Shown here in pieces: positions 20,498 through 29,164 of a DNA stretch of 33,007 bases. Numbering within the stretch: position 1 is the stretch's first letter; the number at the start of each line of letters is the position of its first letter. The stretch is from assembly GCA_009920595.1 (NCBI GenBank), contig RFZR01000001.1, positions 1 through 33,007 of the forward strand, in the 5' to 3' direction. The position numbers and the translations under genes are program-made. Source of the stretch: Alphaproteobacteria bacterium. GTDB taxonomy: Bacteria > Pseudomonadota > Alphaproteobacteria > Rhizobiales > Beijerinckiaceae. Below the pieces are notes generated by a model. It was given only the letters and a program-made list of their open reading frames with translations. It did not search any database and had not been told where the DNA came from.

Positions 20498-22227
20498 TTG
20501 CGTCACTCGGGCGGCTTTTTTCTGATGTCTATCGGCTTCACGGATATCGTTTGCCGCTCCTTGTTTTTTTGACCTTTTTGAATGCACTTTTTGATGGCGC
20601 AACCGTTGCCGTTTTGTTGCCTCTTCTCAAGGCGATTGGCGGTGTAGTCGGCGCTGGCGAAGATCGTCTATCACAAGCGATCACATGGGTTCTCTCTTTC
20701 GTAGGCTTGCCGACAACAGCAATGAGTATTGCCGGTTTTGGTGTCGTCCTGATTATAATCGGTGCGGCGATTTTTTTGGTGCAGGCGCATTTAAGCGCAA
20801 AGATGCAAACCGACTATGTCGCCCATTGGCAGCGGCGGCTCTTCCAATCTTATTTTCATGCTGAATTTGATTTCTTTAGAACACGGCGCGCGGGCGATCT
20901 TATTGCGGCGGCGATCACAGAGCCCGTACGTCTCGGCGGTGCCTTTTATCAGGCCAATCTCATACTTTCTTCTGTTCTCTTTATCAGCGTACAAATCGCT
21001 GTGGCGCTTGTGATTGCGCCCTTGGTGGTTGCTTTACTTTTCAGTGCGGGTGCGTTTCTTTTCCTCATCTCTGTTGGGCTGGTAAAACGGGGTTTGCTCA
21101 TTGGCGAAGAGATGACGATCGTGAATGCTGATCTTCAATCGGATGCGAATGAATTGGTGCAAGGCGCAAAATTCGTAAAAGCCACAGCCACGGAGTCTCG
21201 CGCGGTAGAGCGTCTGTCGAAGACAATCAATCGCTTGCGGGACCTGACTTTCGCCAATGCCTTTGATGTTCAGCTCGTACGCGCACTTTTTGAATATGCA
21301 AGCGCCCTTGTCGTGATTGCACTTCTGGTCGCCGGCCCCCTGATGCTTGCGGTTGATGTGGGCGCTGTCATTGTCATCGTGGCGATGTTTGTGAGATTAT
21401 TTCCGAAAGTTACGGGGCTGCGGCAATGCCAGCAATCGATCAGCCTTGTATTGCCGGCCTTTGATGCGGTTCTCTCAATGGAGAAAGACGCCAAATCTTC
21501 GGTTGAGGTTTTAGAAAATTTTGATCCTTCGCGTTCTCATAAAACGGAACCTGCGCAGATCACATTTAATCATGTTGCGGTGAATATTGAGGGTCGCGAA
21601 GTGTTACGCGATGTTTCTTTTTCAATCGCACCGGGTGAGTTTATCGTCTTGATGGGGCCAACAGGTGCTGGGAAAACCACTTTGATCGATGGGCTCCTCG
21701 GCTTACGTCGCTTGAGCGGTGGTCGCATCGAGATTGATCAGAAATCCATGGCTTCGATATCGATGCAGGAGTGGCGTCGGTCTATCGGTTATCTTGGACA
21801 AGATCCTTTATTGTTTCACGCGTCGATTAAAGATAATCTTCAATGGGTTCGTCCAGGCTCGGATCAATCGATGATGAACACGGCTTTGACGCGTGCTGCA
21901 GCCACTTTTGTCGAGCGGCTTCCCCGCGCATTTGAAACGGTCGTTGGTGATGCGGGAAGCCGTTTATCGGGCGGCGAACGGCAAAGAATTGCTTTGGCGC
22001 GTGCGCTTCTTGGGGCGCCCCGCTTGCTTGTTCTTGATGAAGCCACAAGCGCCCTTGATGCAGAAACGGAAGCCGGTGTTGTCGAGACCATAGCACGATT
22101 AAAAGGCCAGATGACGATCATCGCGATCACGCATCGTCCGGCTCTTCTCTCCGTGGCTGATCGCGTTATTGAGATTAAAGACGGTCGTGCCACAGAGCTT
22201 GATCGTCATGTTTCGAAGTTTCATTGA
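20494..22227 (+). CDS. ABC exporter, fused transmembrane and ATP-binding domains (MsbA/PglK-type half transporter)
   Basis: A six-helix N-terminal TMD is followed by an NBD. The NBD has Walker A (GPTGAGKTTL), the signature LSGGERQRIALARAL, Walker B (LLVLDEATSALD) and an H-loop (AITHRP). Confidence 0.9.
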   Translation: MIASLGRLFSDVYRLHGYRLPLLVFLTFLNALFDGATVAVLLPLLKAIGGVVGAGEDRLSQAITWVLSFVGLPTTAMSIAGFGVVLIIIGAAIFLVQAHLSAKMQTDYVAHWQRRLFQSYFHAEFDFFRTRRAGDLIAAAITEPVRLGGAFYQANLILSSVLFISVQIAVALVIAPLVVALLFSAGAFLFLISVGLVKRGLLIGEEMTIVNADLQSDANELVQGAKFVKATATESRAVERLSKTINRLRDLTFANAFDVQLVRALFEYASALVVIALLVAGPLMLAVDVGAVIVIVAMFVRLFPKVTGLRQCQQSISLVLPAFDAVLSMEKDAKSSVEVLENFDPSRSHKTEPAQITFNHVAVNIEGREVLRDVSFSIAPGEFIVLMGPTGAGKTTLIDGLLGLRRLSGGRIEIDQKSMASISMQEWRRSIGYLGQDPLLFHASIKDNLQWVRPGSDQSMMNTALTRAAATFVERLPRAFETVVGDAGSRLSGGERQRIALARALLGAPRLLVLDEATSALDAETEAGVVETIARLKGQMTIIAITHRPALLSVADRVIEIKDGRATELDRHVSKFH

Positions 22228-22239
22228 TTGGGAAAATCT

Positions 22240-23382
22240 ATGTCGTTAGCGCCGTTGCCCTTTATCGATTTGCAAGCCCAACGTGCTCGTATTGGTGATG
22301 CGATTGATGCAGGACTCTTGCGCGTCGCTTCTCATGGCCAATATATCATGGGCCCAGAGATAAAGAGTCTTGAAGAGAATTTGAAAGATTTCTGCGGCGC
22401 GAAACATTGCATCACCGTTGCCAATGGCACGGAGGCGCTCGCTATGCCCCTCATGGCCAAGCATGTGAGACCTGGTGAAGCCATTTTGGTGCCTAGTTTT
22501 ACATTTGCTGCCACAGCTGAAGTTGTGGCCTGGCTGGGTGCGACGCCGATTTTTGTCGATGTGGATCAAGACACCTTCGTCATGGCTCTTGAGAGTCTCG
22601 AAGCTGGAATCGCAAGAGCAAAAGCGCTTGGGTTAAAGCCGGTCGCTGTGATTCCGGTTGATCTCTTCGGTCAAGCGGCTGACTATGATCATATTGAACA
22701 ACTCGCAGCCGCTCACGGTTTGTGGGTGATGAGCGACGCCGCGCAAAGTTTCGGCGGCGCCTATAAGTCACGGAAAATTGGCACGATCGGTCATGTCACC
22801 GCGACGAGTTTCTTCCCCTCCAAACCATTAGGCTGCTATGGTGATGGCGGCGCGATTTTCACTGATGATGATGAAATGGCTTCGCTTCTTAAATCGTTGC
22901 GCGTGCATGGGCAGGGTAGCGACAAATATGACAATGTCAGAATTGGATTGAATGCACGGCTTGATACGATGCAAGCAGCGGTTCTCATTGAGAAACTAAA
23001 AATTCTCGACGATGAAATCAAAGCGCGTAATGATATCGCTGCGCGTTATTCATCGGCGCTTTCCGGATATGTTCCTGTGCCTTTAGTTGCGGACGGGAAT
23101 TATTCAGCTTGGGCTCAATATACAATCCGCGTGCCCGCTCGAAAGAGAACGGCCATCATGGCAGCGCTCAAAGAGCAGGGCATACCCACGATGATTTACT
23201 ATCCAAAGCCGCTTCATCGGCAGACAGCCTATCGGGACTTTCCGGTTGCGGGAAATGGATTGCCCGTGAGTGAGCGTTTGGCTGATGAAGTGTTAAGCCT
23301 GCCGATGCACCCTTATTTGGATCAAGCGTCACAAGATCGTATCGTTAAGACATTGATTTCAGTTATAAAGGCTCATCACTGA
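22240..23382 (+). CDS. wbpE: UDP-2-acetamido-2-deoxy-3-oxo-glucuronate aminotransferase-like (DegT family; WbpE/WlbC type)
   Basis: FIDLQAQRARIGDAIDAGLLRVASHGQYIMGPE parallels the WbpE N-terminus as I recall it (FIDLKNQQARIKDKIDAGIQRVLRHGQYILGPE). The blocks DAAQSFGG.YK, TSFFPSKPLGCYGDGGAIFT and RLDTMQAAVL also match. ATG at 22240 is preferred over TTG at 22228. Confidence 0.85.
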   Translation: MSLAPLPFIDLQAQRARIGDAIDAGLLRVASHGQYIMGPEIKSLEENLKDFCGAKHCITVANGTEALAMPLMAKHVRPGEAILVPSFTFAATAEVVAWLGATPIFVDVDQDTFVMALESLEAGIARAKALGLKPVAVIPVDLFGQAADYDHIEQLAAAHGLWVMSDAAQSFGGAYKSRKIGTIGHVTATSFFPSKPLGCYGDGGAIFTDDDEMASLLKSLRVHGQGSDKYDNVRIGLNARLDTMQAAVLIEKLKILDDEIKARNDIAARYSSALSGYVPVPLVADGNYSAWAQYTIRVPARKRTAIMAALKEQGIPTMIYYPKPLHRQTAYRDFPVAGNGLPVSERLADEVLSLPMHPYLDQASQDRIVKTLISVIKAHH

Positions 23383-24014
23383 TGGGCTCTTTGATCATCC
23401 TTTTGTGGCGGGTTTTTGCGTCTTTATCGGCTATGCTTGTGCTTGCCTGTCTTTTGGCCGCACTCTTTCTTGATCGTTTGATTATGGTGGATATGCCGCT
23501 TCAAAAGGCTGATCATGCCATTGTGCTTGACGGCAACAATCAGCGTTTGTTGCGCGCGAAGGAGTTGCTCGATCAAGGCCTGGTGAATGACATCTATGTC
23601 AGTAATGGTGAACCGGCGCGTCCCGATGAGATTGATAAGATCGTGGCCGGGCTTGGTTATACATCGCCTGATCGGACCGAGATCAAAATAAAAATTTTAA
23701 CAGCGGTCGGTGTGGCGCCAGAAAAAATTTTCGTGTTTGGTAATGGTAGCCTCACGACACGAGACGAGGCTAGAGCCATAGCAGACCGCTTCAAGGACCA
23801 AACGCCTCGGCTTATGCTTGTCACAACAAATTATCATTCGCGGCGTGCTTTGCAGATTTTTGAAGCCGCAATGCCTGGCGCTTTATTGCAAGTGACGTGT
23901 CCGGGCGGGTGTGTGGCGCCTATTGCGTGGTGGAAGGACCCCGCCGTTGCGGCGCAATTTGTGCTCGAATTCGTCAAGCATATTTATTTCAGAGTGGGTA
24001 TGGCTGCCGCTTAA
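23382..24014 (+). CDS. DUF218 (YdcF/ElyC/SanA-like) membrane-anchored protein
   Basis: An N-terminal TM helix is followed by DHAIVLDGNN...TTRDEA...LVTTNYHSRRAL, the DUF218 signature. The ATG overlaps the wbpE-like stop (TGATG). Confidence 0.75.
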   Translation: MGSLIILLWRVFASLSAMLVLACLLAALFLDRLIMVDMPLQKADHAIVLDGNNQRLLRAKELLDQGLVNDIYVSNGEPARPDEIDKIVAGLGYTSPDRTEIKIKILTAVGVAPEKIFVFGNGSLTTRDEARAIADRFKDQTPRLMLVTTNYHSRRALQIFEAAMPGALLQVTCPGGCVAPIAWWKDPAVAAQFVLEFVKHIYFRVGMAAA

Positions 24015-25180
24015 GGGTGTTCAAAGATCTGGTTGAAGGCTTTGATCATGATTTCGGGCGCATAATGTGCGATGACGCGTTCTCGATTTTTGTTACCTAA
24101 GGCGTGACGCTCTTCTTCAGATAGTTGGCGTATCTTTTCGATTTTCTGAGAAATTTCTTCCGGTGTTTGGGGCGGCACGAGATAGCGTTCATCATCAAGA
24201 ACAAGGGCGCAATCGCCCACGGTCGTCGAAATGCAAGCACGTGCGGTGGCCATGGCTTCGGCAAGAACATTTGGAAATGATTCTGAGTGGGATGACATGA
24301 CAAAACAATCAAACACATTCATGAGCTGGGGTACGTCATCGCGGGGTCCAAGTAATCTCACCGCATGTTCAGGTATCTTATTTCGCTCTAACAATTCAGC
24401 AAAACGGGGTGCATCACGAGAAATGCCACGCCCGACCACCATAAGAATAAGTTGTTTTTTTTCAGTTTCGGGTGCGCGATGATAGAGCAGCGCGAACGCA
24501 TCAAAGAGATCTGTTAATCCTTTTTCCGGAACATCACGCCCGACGGTGCCGACGACGAAGTGATGCTGCTCAATCTGAAGTTTGGAGCGTTGATGCTCAC
24601 GCGCTTTCTCATTCGGATGATAGAGTGTGGAATCAATCGCGTTCGGAATGACATGCCAATTCGATAAGTCATAACCAAGTGCAGCATGCGCCTCTTTCGA
24701 CGCCGTCGAATTCGAAATGATGGAAATCCATGAACGGGATGAAAGAAAGGCAAGACTATGTTGGGTAAGCCAACGCAGAGGTTTTTTTCGAATTGTTCCA
24801 TAAGGCAGGCTGCGAATATGCCAAATCACGCGCGGCTTGGCTTTCAGAAAGGGACGGAGCAGCGTTGCAATTAAAGCCGGGTAATATAGCCAGGCTGAAA
24901 GAATATGGGCATCCGAATCGCGCAAAATCTTAATGAGCCTGATGAGGCCGCGGGGAAGATCAGCGAGGCCTTCAATGCCGAGCGTTTCAACGACAAGTCC
25001 TTTCTCTCGAAGGCGTGCCCCAACGGATGGACCCGCGCGCAGCGCTCTCAAGGCGATGATCCTGTGTTGTGCGGCCGCGTTTGGATGGGCGCTCAGATAG
25101 CGCAGAAGCGTCATTTCGGCGCCGCCAAAACCCGTTAGATCGATGACCAGATGCAGGATTTTGTGGTCATTCATCGTCAA
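24011..25180 (-). CDS. Glycosyltransferase family 4
   Basis: ILHLVIDLTGFGGAEMTLLRYL is the N-terminal GT4 domain. VGRDVPEKG and SHSESFPNVLAEAMA (E-x7-E) are present. The stop overlaps the stop of the convergent DUF218 gene by 4 nt. Confidence 0.85.
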   Translation of the reverse strand: MTMNDHKILHLVIDLTGFGGAEMTLLRYLSAHPNAAAQHRIIALRALRAGPSVGARLREKGLVVETLGIEGLADLPRGLIRLIKILRDSDAHILSAWLYYPALIATLLRPFLKAKPRVIWHIRSLPYGTIRKKPLRWLTQHSLAFLSSRSWISIISNSTASKEAHAALGYDLSNWHVIPNAIDSTLYHPNEKAREHQRSKLQIEQHHFVVGTVGRDVPEKGLTDLFDAFALLYHRAPETEKKQLILMVVGRGISRDAPRFAELLERNKIPEHAVRLLGPRDDVPQLMNVFDCFVMSSHSESFPNVLAEAMATARACISTTVGDCALVLDDERYLVPPQTPEEISQKIEKIRQLSEEERHALGNKNRERVIAHYAPEIMIKAFNQIFEHP

Positions 25181-25349
25181 TTCAGCCCGGTCCCTTCAGG
25201 AGTAAAGTCATAAATCATCGCTACGCGATTTTTAAGTCTTTGCGAAGGGTTTAAATTTATAAAGACGGAGCGAAAACACTTGAGCCTTTATGCGGATCAT
25301 GCTGTCAGTCTTTGCCTTGCCATTGGTTTTTTGAACGTCGATCAACCTT

Positions 25350-26084
25350 ATGACCACGCGCTATCTCATCCGCTTTGACGATGTTGTGCCTACAATGGCG
25401 TGGTCGCGCTTTCGTGTCTTTGACGAGATCGCAGACGAATTATCGCTTCCCTATCTCATTGGTGTTGTGCCGGAGTGTCGCGATCCAAAACTTATGGTCG
25501 AGTCTGCCCGTTCTGACTTTTGGGCGTGGGCGAGGGCGCGCCGTAAGGCCGGGTGGACGATCGCTCAGCATGGCTATCAACATCTCTATGAAACCGAAGG
25601 GCGCGGTCTTTTAGGCATTGGTCGAAAATCAGAATTCGCCGGTTTGCCCTATGAGGTACAATTTGAGAAACTCTCCCGTGGGAAAGTCATTCTCCAGAAT
25701 GAAGACGTGTGGGAAGATGTTTTTATGGCGCCGTCACATAGTTTTGATGCTGAAACATTGCGGGCCTTACGAGATTTAAACTTCACGGCGATAACGGATG
25801 GTTTTGGTTTTTACCCTTATGAGCTCTGTGGTCTAATTGCGGTGCCGCAACTTGTGGCTCGACCTTTGGGTTTTGGGATTGGTGTAGAAACCATTTGCCT
25901 TCATGTGAATACGATGAGTGATGATGCCATCAAACGCATAATCGATTTTATTCGCACGCATCATAAACAAATCATTTCATTCCGCGAGGCCAAAGAAGTC
26001 ATTCCGGCTTTTCCGCCAATTCCATCGCTTCTGCGAAGTGCCACATCCACGGCGCTGCGCCTTCGTCGAGCGGTGAGGGGCTGA
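25350..26084 (+). CDS. DUF2334-type polysaccharide deacetylase-fold protein (no signal peptide)
   Basis: YLIRFDDVVPTMAW... and GWTIAQHGYQHLYE resemble the DUF2334 (NodB-related) signature blocks. No N-terminal hydrophobic segment is present. Confidence 0.65.
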   Translation: MTTRYLIRFDDVVPTMAWSRFRVFDEIADELSLPYLIGVVPECRDPKLMVESARSDFWAWARARRKAGWTIAQHGYQHLYETEGRGLLGIGRKSEFAGLPYEVQFEKLSRGKVILQNEDVWEDVFMAPSHSFDAETLRALRDLNFTAITDGFGFYPYELCGLIAVPQLVARPLGFGIGVETICLHVNTMSDDAIKRIIDFIRTHHKQIISFREAKEVIPAFPPIPSLLRSATSTALRLRRAVRG

Positions 26085-26088
26085 AGCG

Positions 26089-27999
26089 ATGTGTGGCATT
26101 GCAGGATTTATAGATCAAGCATCGGACTATGATGTCAACGCACGGCTTCGCACGATGGGAGAGGCCATCGCCTACCGCGGTCCTGATGACTCAGGCATCT
26201 ATTATGACCAAGAGACCGGCCTTGGTTTTGTTCATCGCCGTTTGGCGATTGTGGATCTCACCTCTGCTGGCCATCAGCCGATGCGTTCCTCATCAGGGCG
26301 CTTCGTGATCATCTTTAACGGTGAGATTTATAATCACAATGCATTACGGCACGATCTTGAGGCATCAGGTCTTGGCATTGAATGGAAGGGACATTCGGAT
26401 ACGGAAACGCTTCTGCGTGGATTTGAAGTCTGGGGTATCAAAGAGACATTAACACGCGCAGTCGGCATGTTTGCTTTGGCACTTTATGATCAATCAACAC
26501 TTCTTGCGCGTGATCGTATGGGCGAGAAGCCGATTTATTACGGATCAAGTCAGGGTGCATTTCTGTTTGGATCTGAATTGAAAGCGTTGCGTGCCCATCC
26601 TGCTTTTGCTTCAGATATTGATCGTGATGCACTTTTGTCTCTACTCCGACATCAATATTGCCGAGGTCCTCAAAGCATATATAAAGCGATTTCAAAACTC
26701 GCGCCTGGGTCGATCCTTTCATTTGATCTCGTCTCAAAAAAATATGAGGTCGAAACCTATTGGTCACTCCATGAGGCAGCGGCCAAGGGATTAAAACATC
26801 GTATCTCTTTATCAGATCAGGACGCGATCGATCAGTTTGACGAGCTGTTAAAACAATCAATCGGTTTGCAAATGGTGGCCGACGTACCAGTGGGTGCCTT
26901 TCTCTCTGGTGGTGTGGATAGTTCTTTGATTGTTGCCGAGATGCAGCGTCAGTCTTCGCGCCCGGTCAAAAGTTTTACCATCGGATTTGAAGAAGACGCT
27001 TTCAATGAGGCCCCATTTGCACGTGCCGTGGCTCAATATTTAGGTACGGATCATACGGAATATTTCGTTTCGCCGCGTGAGGCTCTTGATCTCATTCCGC
27101 GCTTGCCCTCGCTTTATGATGAGCCTTTGGCGGATGTGTCGCAAATACCAACATTTCTTGTTTCACGCATCGCACGACAAGCAGTAACCGTTTCCTTATC
27201 AGGGGACGCGGGGGATGAACTTTTTGCGGGTTACACGACTTATGCCCATGCTGAGAAACTGATGCGGATTTATGATCATCTTCCGGCATCCTTGAGGCCG
27301 CTTACTTCAATCATAATGAAATCGGGCGCGCGTCTTTCGGAAGTCTTTGGTCATTCTCAACGCGCGCGGCAATTAGCGCTTTCGGCTTTTGTGTTGAACG
27401 CACAATCAAAATCAGAACTCACAAGCCGGTTGACGCAGTTTTGGAGTGATGAGGCTACGCCTGTTCTCGGCCTCAACGATCAGATCGATCATCATAACCC
27501 GTTTTCAGATCTTGGACTGTCAGATCTCGAACGCATGATTGCAAATGACATGGTCACCTATTTGCCTGATGACATTCTCGCAAAAGTTGATCGCGCGGCG
27601 ATGGCGGTTTCGCTTGAAACTCGTGTTCCCTTGCTTGATCATCGTATTGTTGAATTTGCGCTGAGTCTTCCAATGTCGCTGCGTCGACGTGGTACGGAAG
27701 GGAAGTGGATCATGCGACAAGTGCTTGATCGCTATGTGCCGCGGGCTCTGATCGATCGGCCTAAAAAAGGATTTGGCGTACCGCTTGCTCAATGGTTGCG
27801 TGGGCCTTTGCGCGAATGGGCTTTTGATCTTTTATCGCCTGAGGTGATCAAGCGTGATGGTCTGTTTGATCCGCACGCCATCACACGTGCGCTTGACGAT
27901 CACATGTCAGGTCGACGGGATCGCCATAATGATTTGTGGTCTGTCCTTGTCGCACAGCAATGGGTTGAGGCGCAGCGTACGACCACCCATCGATCATAA
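26089..27999 (+). CDS. asnB: Asparagine synthase (glutamine-hydrolysing) family amidotransferase, second divergent copy
   Basis: The blocks are MCGIAG, YRGPDD, FNGEIYNH, RDRMGEKPIYY, SGGVDSS (PP-loop) and SGDAGDELFAGY. The gene starts 4 nt after the DUF2334 stop. Confidence 0.9.
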   Translation: MCGIAGFIDQASDYDVNARLRTMGEAIAYRGPDDSGIYYDQETGLGFVHRRLAIVDLTSAGHQPMRSSSGRFVIIFNGEIYNHNALRHDLEASGLGIEWKGHSDTETLLRGFEVWGIKETLTRAVGMFALALYDQSTLLARDRMGEKPIYYGSSQGAFLFGSELKALRAHPAFASDIDRDALLSLLRHQYCRGPQSIYKAISKLAPGSILSFDLVSKKYEVETYWSLHEAAAKGLKHRISLSDQDAIDQFDELLKQSIGLQMVADVPVGAFLSGGVDSSLIVAEMQRQSSRPVKSFTIGFEEDAFNEAPFARAVAQYLGTDHTEYFVSPREALDLIPRLPSLYDEPLADVSQIPTFLVSRIARQAVTVSLSGDAGDELFAGYTTYAHAEKLMRIYDHLPASLRPLTSIIMKSGARLSEVFGHSQRARQLALSAFVLNAQSKSELTSRLTQFWSDEATPVLGLNDQIDHHNPFSDLGLSDLERMIANDMVTYLPDDILAKVDRAAMAVSLETRVPLLDHRIVEFALSLPMSLRRRGTEGKWIMRQVLDRYVPRALIDRPKKGFGVPLAQWLRGPLREWAFDLLSPEVIKRDGLFDPHAITRALDDHMSGRRDRHNDLWSVLVAQQWVEAQRTTTHRS

Positions 28000-28008
28000 C
28001 TTTTACGA

Positions 28009-29046
28009 TTAACGATTGCCGCGCCAGGCTCTGAACCAGCCGATGAATTTCTCAACACCCACCTCAAGCGGCGTTGAAGGTTTGAAATCCACCGCGTCCA
28101 TCAAAGCATCAACATCGGCGTAAGTTTCTGGAACATCGCCTATTTCGATGGGTGCAAAAATCTTCTTCGCTTCAATGCCTAAAGATTTTTCCATCGTCGC
28201 GACAAGATGCATCAGCTCAACCGGGCTGTTATTCCCGATATTGTAAACGCGATAGGGTGCGCGGCTTGTGCCAGGGTCAGGTTTCGCCCCATCCCATTCC
28301 GGATTCGGTTCGGCAACCTTTGGCACGAGGCGCGCAATCGATTCCACAATATCATCAACATAGGTGAAATCTCGTTTCATTTTACCGTGATTGAAAAGCG
28401 TGATTGGCTCACCTTTCAAAATTGCGTCAGCAAAAAGCCACATCGCCATATCGGGGCGACCCCAAGGTCCATAGACTGTGAAAAAGCGTAAACCAGTCGA
28501 TGGCAAACCAAACATATGCGCATAAGAATGCGCCATTAATTCATTCGCTTTCTTGGTCGCGGCATAAAGCGACAAAGGATGATCGACATTGTCATGAATT
28601 GAAAAGGGCATGGCGGTGTTCGCGCCATAGACCGAAGACGACGACGCATAGACGAGATGCTCGATTCGATTATGCCGACAGGCTTCAAGAATATTCAAAA
28701 AGCCGGTGAGATTGGCGTCGCCATAGGCTTTTGGATTAACAAGCGAATAGCGCACGCCAGCTTGTGCGGCGAGATTCACAACATGCGTGAATTTTCCCGC
28801 TTTGAAAGCTGTGTCCACGGCCATAGCCTCTGCGAGATCGCCTTCAACAAAAGCGAAGTTGCCTTGCGGTTTTAGTTCTGCAAGGCGCGCGTGTTTCAAG
28901 CTCACATCATAATAGGGATTGAGATTGTCAAAGCCCGTAACATGATGGCCTTCCGCCAAGAGTCTGCGGGCAACGTGAAAGCCGATAAACCCCGCCGCGC
29001 CGGTAACGAGGATACGCAATTTTCGAGTGGTCTTTATGTCTGACAT
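28009..29046 (-). CDS. UDP-glucuronate 4-epimerase-like NAD-dependent epimerase (extended SDR)
   Basis: The blocks ILVTGAAGFIGFHV, FDNLNPYYDVSLKHARL, ASSSSVYG, YAATK, RFFTVYGPWGRPDMA and RDFTYVDDIV are typical of the Cap1J/LpsL/GAE UDP-GlcA 4-epimerase family. Confidence 0.85.
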   Translation of the reverse strand: MSDIKTTRKLRILVTGAAGFIGFHVARRLLAEGHHVTGFDNLNPYYDVSLKHARLAELKPQGNFAFVEGDLAEAMAVDTAFKAGKFTHVVNLAAQAGVRYSLVNPKAYGDANLTGFLNILEACRHNRIEHLVYASSSSVYGANTAMPFSIHDNVDHPLSLYAATKKANELMAHSYAHMFGLPSTGLRFFTVYGPWGRPDMAMWLFADAILKGEPITLFNHGKMKRDFTYVDDIVESIARLVPKVAEPNPEWDGAKPDPGTSRAPYRVYNIGNNSPVELMHLVATMEKSLGIEAKKIFAPIEIGDVPETYADVDALMDAVDFKPSTPLEVGVEKFIGWFRAWRGNR

Positions 29047-29054
29047 GGCGCGCT

Positions 29055-29082
29055 ATATAGGCGATGCGCGCCGTTTTGCCAA
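29055..29082 (-). promoter_or_regulatory. Candidate sigma70-type promoter giving a leaderless or near-leaderless epimerase mRNA
   Basis: The minus strand reads TTGGCA-N16-CTATAT-N8-ATG. On plus-strand coordinates the -35 is at 29077-29082 and the -10 at 29055-29060. There is no Shine-Dalgarno sequence between the -10 and the ATG at 29046. The 7-bp GC inverted repeat GGCGCGC/GCGCGCC (29047-29053 / 29066-29072) brackets the -10. Confidence 0.35.
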
Positions 29083-29164
29083 AGCGCTTTTTGTAACGCT
29101 TTGATCTTGCCAAATAAGAGGCGTGCGCGCTCTAGTCAGGACATAAATTGGCTCGGGAGGCGGC

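Noticed and set aside
29047-29078. GGCGCGC-N12-GCGCGCC followed by GTTTTG, read as a plus-strand intrinsic terminator.
   Set aside because: No plus-strand gene ends nearby. The closest one stops at 27999, with a 1-kb antisense gene in between. The element abuts the start codon of the minus-strand epimerase and overlaps a good TTGGCA-N16-CTATAT promoter. I therefore treat it as a promoter/operator feature.
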